Shown: in pieces, positions 53,401-64,000 of the stretch
Position numbering within the stretch: the first letter of the stretch is position 1
How the letters are laid out: each line of letters starts with the position of its first letter
NCBI GenBank assembly: GCA_016748015.1
Contig: JAAOMT010000128.1
Coordinates: forward strand, 1,123,538 to 1,187,537
Direction: 5' to 3'
From: Geosiphon pyriformis uo1
Taxonomy: Eukaryota > Fungi > Glomeromycota
DNA length: 64,000 nt
Notes under the pieces: generated by a model
Database searches by the model: none
Told to the model about the DNA's origin: nothing
Seen by the model: the letters and a program-made list of their open reading frames with translations, nothing else
Position numbers and translations under genes: made by a program

Positions 53401-56014
53401 CAGAGGAACCAAAGAAGATGTCCTTCAAATAAAAGAAGCTGAATATATTGAATATACATTGGAATTAGCTGGATTTGATTATGAAGATGAAGTAGAAGTA
53501 TACCACCAAATTGCAAGTCACACCTACTCAACCCAAGAAGCTCAAATTCAATGATTAGAGCAAATAAACATTAAATTATGTAAGGAGTGTATAATGCCAT
53601 GCAATGAACAATGGTGTTCTAAATGTTACGCTCTTAGCATTCCATTGCCCAGCAAAAGTGATGAATACAAAATTGAATTCAGAGAATCTGAAGCAACAGA
53701 AGAAATTGGAACAACACCCATCATCGAAAATTAGCCTGCTTTACAACTCAAATACTTCAACAACAATAAACAAAGAATAAAACTGGAAAAAGCACATGAA
53801 ATTGATGCTGAATACAATTTACAATATTCAGAAAAAGACACTTTGGTTCTTCAACCAAATTTCCTTACCAAAATCAACCTCAAAATTGTCCTCGAAATTC
53901 CACCAAGAGCAATGGTCCAAATCGCTTCACAATCATCATTGGCAAGCAAAAGAATCAATGTTAGAGGAGGAATTATAGATGCTGGATATATAGGAGACAT
54001 TACAATCATGTTACAAAATAAAACTGATAAATCTTTTCAGATTGAACATGCTAAAAAAATTGCTCAAGCTATTTATTTACCCTTAATCAACATTTTGGGT
54101 TTACAATTAGTCAGTCAAAGAGAACAATTGGGAAAATATAAAAGAGGAACCAATAGTTTTGGTTCAACTGAACAATTCACAGTTCCAGTAAACATAGCTC
54201 TTAATGAACAAAGTGAATCTCACCAGATTCTACGACTTCCACAACCAATTACTATTTCATCCTTTGGAGAACACCCTGAAATTTACACTTGTAAAAAGCC
54301 AACAACCACACGACAAATTTTTGAGTCCAACAAACAAGTCTGCTTGGAACATAATATCTTAATCCCAAACATTTATATTCCAGAAGGAACAAAGAAAGTC
54401 CAAGTTACTTTTTACAATCCCAACAATTTCCCTATAGTTTTATTAAATAACTTAGAAATTGGAGTTATTCACAGTAATATCTTTTAACAAAAATTACCCC
54501 AAACAGTCCCCGATTTCTCTGAAATTATTAGACATTTATTACCAAAAATCAACCCAAACCCCAGCTCTGAAAACTACCATGTTGTTATGAAAAAACTATC
54601 TTGAATCAACATGGGACAACTTGAACCATAACAACAAAGCCAGCTCAAAGAGTTAATTGCAGAATTTGCTAATATCTTTGCTAAAAACAACAATGACTTA
54701 GGAAGAACCAATTTGGTTCAACACCAAATCTATACAGAAGATGCCAAACCAAGGCAACAGCAAGCCTACCAAGTTGCTCCAGAAAGTCACCAATTTATCC
54801 ATGAAAAAGTACAACAGATGCTCAACAATAGGCTTATTCAACCATCAATGAGTCCATGAGCTTCACCTGTGGTCTTAGTTAAAAAAAAAAATGGAAAGAT
54901 ACAATTTTGTGTTGATTATTGACAACTCAACAGTGTCACTATTGGAGATGCCTACCCTTTTCCCCAAATTAATGACATGCTAGATGCTCTTGAGAAGTCC
55001 AAATATTTTTTGACATTAGATTTAGAGAGTGAATACTGGCAAGTTGTCATGGATCCCAAAGATTGCTCCAAAACAGCATTCATCACTCAAGGAAGAAATT
55101 ACAAGTTCAACATAATGCCTTTCAGATTATGCAATACACCAGCAACATTCCAAAGATTCATGGATGTTGTTTACAAAGGCCTCCTTTGGAAATCAGTAGT
55201 TGTCTATTTCAATGATACTGATGTTTATTCACCATCTTTTGAATTACATTTAAAACACCTGCATGAAGTTTTTTAACAATTACGGAAAGCAGGATTGAAA
55301 CTGAACATTAAAAAATGCTACTTCAGAAAAATGAATTTGGCCTTTTTTGGTCACATTGTTAGCAAAGATGGAATTAAACCAGACCCCAGAAAAATCAGCA
55401 CTGTCAAAAACTTTAAGACTCCACAAAATACCACAGAATTAAGAGGATTTATTGGATTAGCATCCTATTACCAAAAATTTATTAAAGAATTCTCAGAAAT
55501 TGCAAAACCCTTCAACCAGCTCACTATTAAAAACATTGAATACAAATGGACGGAAAAACACCAAAAAGCTTTTGAAATTCTCAAGGAAAAGCTGACAACA
55601 GCTCCAATTCTTGCCTACCCAGACTTCAGTAACCAATTTCGACTAGCTACAGACACTTCTTACACTGCCTTTGGTGCCATCTTATCACAATTAGATAACA
55701 ATGGAAATGAGCGAGTAATTGTTTATGCTAGCAGAACATTAAAACCAGCCAAAAAAAACTACTCTGTCACAGAACTAGAAACAGCAGCCATAATTTGGGC
55801 CTTACATCACTTCAACTTTTATCTCAGGCCTAAATAATTTGACATTATCACTGATAATATTGGACTTAAATGGCTTTAAAATAAAAACACTCAGCTGAAT
55901 GCCAAACAAATCTGATGGACAAGATTTTTAGCTAACTACTAATATATTGTATACCACAAACCAGAAAAACTCCATACCAATGTTGATTGTCTTTCAAGAA
56001 TGAGGCAAGATTAG
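50403..56014 (+). pseudogene. gag-pol of C
   Basis: Same domain order as A2; dUTPase at about 53783-54172; RNase H ends RMRQD-TAG at 56012-56014. Confidence 0.94.
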
Positions 56015-56060
56015 AATACAAAACCAACACCCATTTGAATTAACAACAAAACAACAAACA

Positions 56061-57446
56061 ATGAACCCCAAAAACTACAACAATCTTAAACAATATTTGG
56101 AGACATTAACAATCCCAACAGATTGGTCCTCAGATAAAAAACATCAGTTACAACAACAAGCCAAACAATACTTCTTACACAATAACATGATTTATTATCA
56201 AAACTTCAGAAACCCAGACAATTCACTCAAATTAATACAAGAACATGAAAAAGAAACTATTTTATATAACATGTACTCAGACCCTTCATCAGCACACCTA
56301 GAAAAAGACAGCACCACCCAGAGAACATTAGAATATTACTTTTGGCCTCAAATAAAAAAAGACATTTATGAATATGTTAAGTTTTGTGATAGTTGTCAAA
56401 GAAGAAGAGGAACTCATCCTACAGAACCTTTAAACCCAATCAAAGTTGGACAGTCTTTTGACCAAGTTGGTATTGATTTAGTTGGACCACTACCTATCAC
56501 AAACCAAGGAAACCATTATATTGCAGTAGCTGTAGACTATCTTACCAAATGGCCTAAAGCCAGAGCCATTCAACAAGCAAATGCAAAATCAGTAGCAAAC
56601 TTCATCTATGAAGACATCATTTGTAAACATGGATGCCCAATAGAACTTTTATCTGATCAAGGAACACATTTTGTGAACAATTTAATTTAGGAAATTTGTG
56701 AACAATTTAATATCAAGAGACTATTATCTTCACCCTACCATCCACAAACAAATGGACTTGTAGAACATTTCAACAGAACATTGTATGAATCATTAGCCAA
56801 AGTCTCAACCGATTTTGAGCAAAAATGGGATCTCTTTATTCCATCAGTGTTACTAGCATATAGAACACTAAAACAAGATACCACAAAACACACACCATTT
56901 GATTTAACCTACGGAAGGACAGCAATGTTACCAATTAGTTTCACAATAGAAACATATCCAGTACAACCAATTAATAAAGACAACTTTCAGGAAACACTAC
57001 AACGAAGAGCCTATACTCTGCTTAGCACATTGGAAGGAAAATGATGAATAGCAGCCACCCATATTAAACACTTTCAAGCTCAACAAAAAGAATGGCATGA
57101 CAACAAATTGCTTCCAGTTACCAATGAATTTAAAATCAGAAACAAAGTTCTCTTACACAGAACTAAAGCTGAAAAACAATGGAATGGAAAATTTGAAAAT
57201 AAATGGGATGAACCATTCTTTATCCATGAAGTCCTAGGCAATGGATCATACAAGCTAAAACTTAATTACAAAATCTTAGCAAAAGTTGCACATGGAGATC
57301 GTTTGAAACACTATAATTCCAGACACAATTCTGAACTATTAATTCCACAAATTAGTACACATTTCTCTTTAATCAATCCCAAAGATATTCTCCAAAATTT
57401 AGAACCAATAGTTGTCATTGAACAACCTCCCAACTTGAACACTTAA
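56061..57446 (+). pseudogene. Integrase ORF of C
   Basis: Starts MNPKNYNNLKQYL; CDSCQ, GIDLVGP, SDQGTHF and a GPY/F-like module; three same-frame fragments. Confidence 0.93.
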
Positions 57447-57569
57447 ACTTAAATTTATTATTATAGTTATCTCCTTATAATTTAGAAACAATCTCACAAA
57501 AACAAAGCAAAAATAACATAAAAACCCATACACCAAAAATAATTTTCTTTTATTTTCAAATCTCTTATA

Positions 57570-58289
57570 ATGACTATTCTTCAAAACATTCAACAATTAT
57601 TCCAAAAACTAATGTTAGCTTTAAAAACAATACCCGAATTATCCATTACTGTTACTGGAAACTACATTAATTATACCCAAACAGAAGTAGTTACAAATTT
57701 AGCCCCAAATTCACAAAAATATCACTCATATAAAAAGAACACAAGAAGTTATTCTGGAATTCACCTGCCAAAACTTTTAAAGCTTGTTTTAAGAGAAAAC
57801 TTAATACTCACTCCTATTAGTATTCCACCAAATGCTACTATTCAACAAAAACTTCAACTGTGTCTTAATGAAGAAAACTATGACTATACTCCAATATATA
57901 GATATTTCTACATTGGAAAAACACTTTATGAACAAAAACAGGAGCTTACAGCAGCAAATCTCACAAAAGAAGCTATTCAGAAACAACTCCACAACGAATT
58001 CAAGACAACAGCTGGACCTACAAACAGTCATTATAAACTAAGAGCTGCCCTTAGACTTTATAACCTATTCCACACCTGTGAAAACGTCCTACAAAACCCA
58101 ATTTTACAGCCTTTGAAGATTCAATACATTGGAAAGCTCACAAAACTGAAATTTCAACAATTTTCAGACCAAATTTCTTCAATAATTTTGGATTATTATC
58201 TGGAAATTACAGACAGTACTTGGACTTTGACAGAGCTCAGTCTTGAGAAGAAGGTTATGTTACCAAATGAAATTAGAGATATTGTTTAG
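57570..58289 (+). CDS. Accessory ORF3 of C, uninterrupted 239 aa, unknown function, ends inside the 3' LTR
   Basis: ATG-to-stop ORF with homologues at the same position in A2, B and D. Confidence 0.8.
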   Translation: MTILQNIQQLFQKLMLALKTIPELSITVTGNYINYTQTEVVTNLAPNSQKYHSYKKNTRSYSGIHLPKLLKLVLRENLILTPISIPPNATIQQKLQLCLNEENYDYTPIYRYFYIGKTLYEQKQELTAANLTKEAIQKQLHNEFKTTAGPTNSHYKLRAALRLYNLFHTCENVLQNPILQPLKIQYIGKLTKLKFQQFSDQISSIILDYYLEITDSTWTLTELSLEKKVMLPNEIRDIV

Positions 58290-59239
58290 CATGAAATTAT
58301 CTTTATAATTTCTATCATTAATTAGCATATATTATTGTTTCAAATTATCACTTATTACATTAGCAAAATGTCCAAAATTATCATTTAATTAATAACCCAA
58401 TTGGTACATAACACAAATGTAACCTAAGTGCAATGATCAATCATGTAATAACCCAAAATATGTAACATTCAAAAGTTCGCCGAAATTTGTAGAAATTTGC
58501 CGAAATAATTGATAGTTCACTGAAATATCTAATAGTTTGCAGAAATAACTTGTAGTTTACCAAAATGTATCTTTAGTTCGGCAAAATTGTAGAAAAGAGC
58601 AAAGTTCAAGTTCATAAAATAGTGTTATGACAAGTTGTATAAAAAAAGAGCTTTTCTCTTCGAAAAAATGTATTTTACTTTAGATTTATCACTTAAAACC
58701 ATTCCTATACACACAAAAAGAAATAAATATCAAATAATTCAAAAAACCAAATTCTTTAATTATTGTACTTGGAAAATCCTTAAAACTCAACTAACGTTTT
58801 GAAATTGATTAGCTACTAATTTCAGTAAACTGTTAGTGACTCCAGGCCTGGATAGAAAACGTTTCTCTTGACAGAATTCTATTTCTTTTACATTTCTTTT
58901 ATTTTTTTTCTTTTATTTTCTTATTATAATCATTAGGATAGCCTACAGATGAAATTTCTGTAAAAGAGTTAACTTTCACAGCAAAGTAACTACACTTTTT
59001 TAGTGAGCTTCCAGACAAGCAATTCCTGAGAAAGAGTTGACATTTATTACAACATAACTATACAAAGCAACTGGCATGGAATTGGCCATTTCACTTATAA
59101 GTCCAGCAGTTCAAATTATAAGAGATAATTTGAAGATAAATTCAGTTATTGGAGGTTCAAACACTTCCCATAGTTGTGAATTAATAGCATTACAATAAAC
59201 ATACAAGAGCTAAAAAGAGACCAAAAACCTCCAGTAACA
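58258..59239 (+). repeat. 3' LTR of C
   Basis: TGTTACC...AGTAACA. Confidence 0.96.
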
Positions 59240-59712
59240 ACAGAGATTCAATAGTTGTTTTATCTGTAGCTTTTCAGACTCACAAGTTTGTCAATTTTTT
59301 TCTCAGCTTGGTGGCTGGCAATTCTCTGGTAAGTAATCTGTATTTTCTGTACATGTCCTACCCACTCACAGAAGTTTTTTACCAGGCAATCTTTGACGTC
59401 AGTAATTAGCACTTTTAATCAATTGGTTAGTGCACAATAACAAAATCACAGAAAAATAAAAAAAATAAAGAAATCTAAAAAAATAAGCCAAGGTGATTTG
59501 CAGATTAGTATCCCATCAATAGCTGTAATCAAGAGCTATTGTTCCAGCATGGTTAAGTATTAATTATTATCAACATGAAGTGTTGATAGTGGAGAGTGGA
59601 TTGAGATATAAAATAATTATTTATTTAATGATTGTGTTTCTAGGCTAAGAATTCTGTGGTATTGATTCTGTCTTTTCTGTTTCTAACACTACTGCTATAT
59701 ATACATATTTAA

Positions 59713-59862
59713 GATTCCTCAATTCCTCAATTCCTTGTAACAGGAATCCTGGAATTTCTGGAATCCTGCAATTTCTGATGAGAGAAATCCTGGAATTCTG
59801 GAATCCTGCAATTCCTCATTGGAGAATCCTGCAATTCCTCTAAGAAGAATCCTGGAATTCCA
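59713..59862 (-). repeat. Tandem GAATCCTG(G/C)AATTCC-type array in LTR-D U3
   Basis: About six copies of gaatcctg(g/c)aatt(c/t)c plus attcctca repeats. Confidence 0.85.
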
Positions 59863-59953
59863 CATTTACTATGTCTACCTCTGATTGGCTAATATCTACT
59901 GACTAATAATACTATATTTTTCTATATTTTATGAGTAACATTATTCCCTCCTT

Positions 59954-60643
59954 TTAATATTGAGCTTTGTCGAAATCTAATTTCTTTAATTCTTCCTCTT
60001 GAATTATTTCTTGAACTTCTTTTTCGAGTATTACTTGTGTTATTTGAATTTGTAATTCTTCAAATTGGGCATTGGTCATTTTTCCCAATTGATTACTTGT
60101 AACTATGTCCATTGCTGTGTTGAGTAAGATTTCTGGTCAGTCTTAAAATTCCATATATAGCTGGTAAATGACTCGAGCTTGTGTGGTTAGATTGTTCTTT
60201 CCCACAAATTGTTCCAGTTGTCTCAGTATTGTTGTGTCAAATAATTGTTTTGTTTTGTCGGTGTACAAATTCTGGATATTTACGTGTTGTCCCAAGTAGA
60301 AATGGCAATAGTTTTTTGGAAATTGTTGTGTCCACCAAGTCCAATTTTCTTTAGTAAGTTCTTGGTATAGTCCGACTATTTGTTGTTCTTTTATGGCCAA
60401 TTTTATCTTGGTTATGATCTTGTCAACAACATTTTCAAGTCTTTTCTGTACTTTGTGTTGTAGTATTTTTGCCATATTTTTGTAACAAATGGTTTGTTGA
60501 TTGATTGTAATTTTTATTTCCTGGTGTTGGATTAATTGAAAAATTTGTTGGGCTAGTGAATAGATATTGTCTATAATTTCCATTTTTCTGATCTTTTCTG
60601 TCACGTCAACCATGTTTTTTTTATATATTCTTTTGTCGATCAA
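59954..60643 (-). pseudogene. Accessory ORF3 of D
   Basis: MEIIDNIYSLAQQIFQ...YCHFYLGQ...ARVIYQLY; ends AQY-stop like B ORF3. Confidence 0.82.
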
Positions 60644-62022
60644 TTGGACATGTTATTGTCAATGATAATTATTGGTTTCAGATCTTGTGGAATTTCATCT
60701 GGTTGGACTAGTATTCTCTGTACTTCCAATTGTGGAATATTATTGATAGATGCTGATGCTATCTGGTGATATGGTTTCAGTCAATTACCATGTGCTGCTT
60801 TGGCTAAGATTTTGTTGTCCAGTCTTAATTTGTAAGCTTCATTTCCTAGGATTTCTTCTATGTGAAATGGTCTATCCTATTTGGAGTTGAATTTTCCACT
60901 CCATTGTTTTTCCACTTTGGTATAATGTAGTAATACTTTGTTTCCAATCTTGAATTCAACTGGTTTGTCTGGTAGTTGACTATCATGTCTTTCTTTTTGT
61001 TTTTTTTGTGACTTTTGAATATTATCAGCTGCTCTTCTTTGTTTGTTTTCCAATGTTTCCATTAAGTCATATGTTTTTCTTAGCAATGTTTCTTGAAAAT
61101 TTTCTTCTGTTATTGGTTTAGTTAGATATGTATTAATTTCTCTCTCTACTAGTAACGTTGCTGTTCTCTCATACACTAATTCAAATGGTGTTGCTTGTGT
61201 AGTATCTTGTTTCATTGTCCAATAAGCAAATAGTATTGATGATATAAACAAATCCCAATTGTTCTGGTTTTCTTGGCTGAGCTTAGCTATTGCTTTACAC
61301 AATGTTCTGTTGAATCTTTCAACTAATCTATTGGTTTGTGAATGGTATAGTAATGATAATGGTCTCCTAATTCTGAATCTTTGGCTCAATTCTGTTAATG
61401 TTCTGTTCACAAAATAAGTTTTTTGGTCTGATAATAATTCTTTTAGATATCCATGTCAACAAATTAAATCCTAATGAATGAATTCAGCAATAAATTCTGC
61501 ATCTGCTCTTTGAATTGCTTTCACCTCTGGCTATTTAGTGAGATAGTCCATAGCTACTGCTATGTATCTGTTTCCTCTGCTGGTGATTGTTAATGGTTCG
61601 ACTAAATCAATTCCAATATAGTCGAATGATTGTCCCACTTTGATTGGTCTTAATGGTTTACTGGGTCTTGTTCCTCCTCTTCGCTGACAAGCATCACAAT
61701 TTTGAACATATTGAATGATGTCTGGATACATTGATGGCCAATAGTATCTCTTTCTGGTTTTTTCCATGGTTGCTTCTTTGTGAAAATATCCTGCTGTTGG
61801 ATTTGAGTACATGTTGAATAATATGGTCTTTTTTTCTGGCTCTGTAATTACTCTGGTTGGTTGATCTGGATCCCTTTTATTTTTCCAATAAAGTATATTT
61901 TGGTAAGTAATAAAATATTTTGATTGTTGTTTAATACTCTTTCGTTCCATTTGAGATAAATTTTCCTTGAACTGTTGAGTGGTTATATAATGTTGAAGTT
62001 GTTAATATTTTTGTATATTCAT
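60640..62022 (-). pseudogene. Integrase ORF of D
   Basis: ATG at 62022; CDACQ, GIDLV, LVERFNRTL. Confidence 0.92.
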
Positions 62023-62086
62023 CTTTTGTTGTATTTTTTGTTAGTATTGTTCTGGCTTTTGTTATATTTTTGGGTTTGAAATGTTT

Positions 62087-63847
62087 TTAGATTTGTCTTA
62101 TTTGTGACAAACCATCAGCATTTTTATTGTCTTTTCTTTTTTTATAGTGTATAGTATAAGTATATTGTGAGAGTGCCATTTTCCATCTGGATTGGCGGCC
62201 ATCATCACATTTTTGCTTTTGAAGTGATGTTAATCCTTTATGATCTGTGTATATATCAAACTTTTGGCTCAAGTATTTGTTCCACTTCATAACTGCCTGC
62301 TAAGTGTTCTTGTTCTGGTGTTCCATAGTTTTTTTTGGCTGGTGTTAGACCTCAGCTGACATATGCTACTGAATGTTCTCTGCTATCTGGTCCTCTCTGA
62401 AATAGTACTGCTTCTAATGCTTGGCCAGATGTATTGGTAGTGATGATAAATGGTTTGCTGTAATCTGAATAGATCAGTATTGGAGCTTGGATGAGCTTTC
62501 TTTTCAGAATATCAAAAGCTTCTTGTTGACTTTCTGTCCATTTATATTTTGTATTTTTGTTTTGCAGTTGGTTGAATGGCTGTGCTATCTTGGAGAAGTT
62601 TTTGATAAAACGTCAATAGTAGCTGGCGAATTCCAAGAATGATTTCAGTTTTGTCATATTGGTTGGTACTGGAAAGTTTTTTACTATCTCTATTTTCTCT
62701 GGATCTGTTTTGATGCTGTCTTTGCTGACTATGTGTCTCAAGAATTTTAGTTCTGTCTTGCCAAAGAAGCACTTTGTTGCATTTAACTTTAGTTCTGCTT
62801 TTCTTAGTCTTTTGAACACTTGTTGAAAATGATGAAGATAATTATCAAACATTTTTGAGAATACATTGGTGTTGTCCAAGTATACATCTACTGATTTCTA
62901 CAATAAGCCAGTATAAATGATTTCCATTAGCCATTGGAAAATGGCTGGAGCGTTGGTTAAGCCAAATGGCATCACTTCAAATTTGAAATTCTCTTCTCTA
63001 GTGGTGAATGCTGTTTTCTCTTTGTCAGCTGGATTTATGGCTACTTGCCAATAACTACTATTCAAGTCTAATGTTGAAAACCATTTGTTTCTACCAAAAG
63101 TGTCGAATAATTCCTGTATTTGTGGAGTTAGATAGCTGTTTCTATGAGTTACACTGTTGAGTTTTCTGTAGTCTACACAAAATCAGATTTTCCCATTTTT
63201 TTTACAGACAAGTACCACTGGTGACAACCATGGGTTCATTGATAGTTGAATTAGCCCATTGTTAAGCATTCAGTTTATCTCTTGACAAATGATCTCATGG
63301 CTGGCTGGCAGCACTCTGTATGCTCTTTGTTTGATTGACATTACATCTCTAGTTTTGATCTGATGTTGGATGATGTCAGTTTGGCCAAACTCATTTTCGC
63401 TGGCAAAGATGTTGTTGAAATTGTTGAGCAATATCTTGAACTGCATACATTGGAGTGGATTTAAGTTTCCCATGTTTATTTGTTCCAATTGTTCTGGTTG
63501 GAGCAAATAACATTTGTCTTGTCCATAAATTGTTTGTAATGTGATGTTGACATATCCACAAAGTTGTGGAAAGTCTGGAATGGGGTTTGGTGGTTGGTTT
63601 TCTATTTCTGTGGTTAAATATCCGATGGTGGTTCCTTCTGGTATGTTGATGACATTGCCAGTGTTGTTGTAGATGGGAATTTTTATGCAGCTATAGCTTT
63701 TGGCTGGTATGTGGAGATTAATCACCCCAATCTCTCCTGATTCACAAAGGTTTGTTTCAGCTTCAAAAATCTGTTCTTGTTCTTTTTCTTTCTTTTCTAT
63801 TGCTAGCATGTACTGGCTATATGGTGGAATGAAAATAGCTTGACTGG
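62087..63847 (-). pseudogene. pol of D (dUTPase-like tether, RT, RNase H ending IRQI-stop)
   Basis: ORF fragments 63270..63809, 62613..62879 and 62087..62290. Confidence 0.9.
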
Positions 63848-64000
63848 TGTTACCAGTAGAATTTTAGCTATTAATTAGCATGAAATTACTCTTATAATTT
63901 CTATAATTCATTAGTATATTAATATCATTTCAAATTATCATTTATTATTTAATCAATTATCACATATCATGATTCAATTAAAATAATCTAATTAGTATAA
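63848..64000 (+). mobile_element. Start of another family-A LTR (A2 subtype) inserted in D pol
   Basis: TGTTACCAGTAGAATTTTAGC..., nearly identical to the A2 LTR 5' end; left flank CTGG. Confidence 0.93.

Larger units (their letters stand above)
49379..59239 (+). mobile_element. Ty3/Gypsy LTR retrotransposon C (A-related), complete provirus
   Basis: LTRs 49379-50357 and 58258-59239, PBS 50360-50375, PPT about 58244-58254; TSD ACAG/ACAG (49375-49378 and 59240-59243). Confidence 0.97.
49244..63847 (-). mobile_element. Ty3/Gypsy element D (B-related), 3' part; its 3' LTR (49244-49378 plus 59240-59940) is split by provirus C
   Basis: 49244-49378 matches the reverse complement of the LTR-B 3' end, and 59240-59940 continues it to ...ATGAGTAACA. 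PPT about 59944-59955. RT, RH, IN and ORF3 are homologous to B. Confidence 0.92.

Noticed and set aside
57108-57446. Chromodomain at the integrase C-terminus
   Set aside because: The GPY/F module is followed by a short tail (EPIVVIE) with no Y-L-V-K-W-type chromodomain motif.
57570-58289. ORF3 as an envelope glycoprotein
   Set aside because: No signal peptide, transmembrane helix or furin-type site is visible.

Overview
This is AT-rich eukaryotic, probably fungal, DNA. The protein style recalls Glomeromycotina repeats, but that is recollection and not verified. The window is almost entirely nested, decayed retrotransposons, and I found no host gene. Four LINE-type non-LTR elements (ORF1 plus APE-RT-RNaseH-Zn finger ORF2) sit in about 2.4 kb of extremely AT-rich DNA. 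Seven Ty3/Gypsy-type LTR insertions of two families (A/C and B/D) are nested into them: three complete proviruses, two running off the window ends, one solo LTR and one partial LTR. Every flank pair that can be checked shows a 4-bp TSD. All copies carry heavy C>T/G>A decay. Comparing copies reconstructs an unusually complex Gypsy architecture. A long AUG-free leader leads to a conserved GUG-started N-terminal extension in frame with Gag. One reading frame then encodes Gag-protease-Cys-rich Zn domain-dUTPase-dUTPase-like repeat-RT-RNase H and ends at a conserved stop. A separate ATG-started integrase ORF follows, then a conserved non-Env accessory ORF3 that reaches the PPT/3' LTR. Each LTR family has its own tandem or palindromic array in U3.
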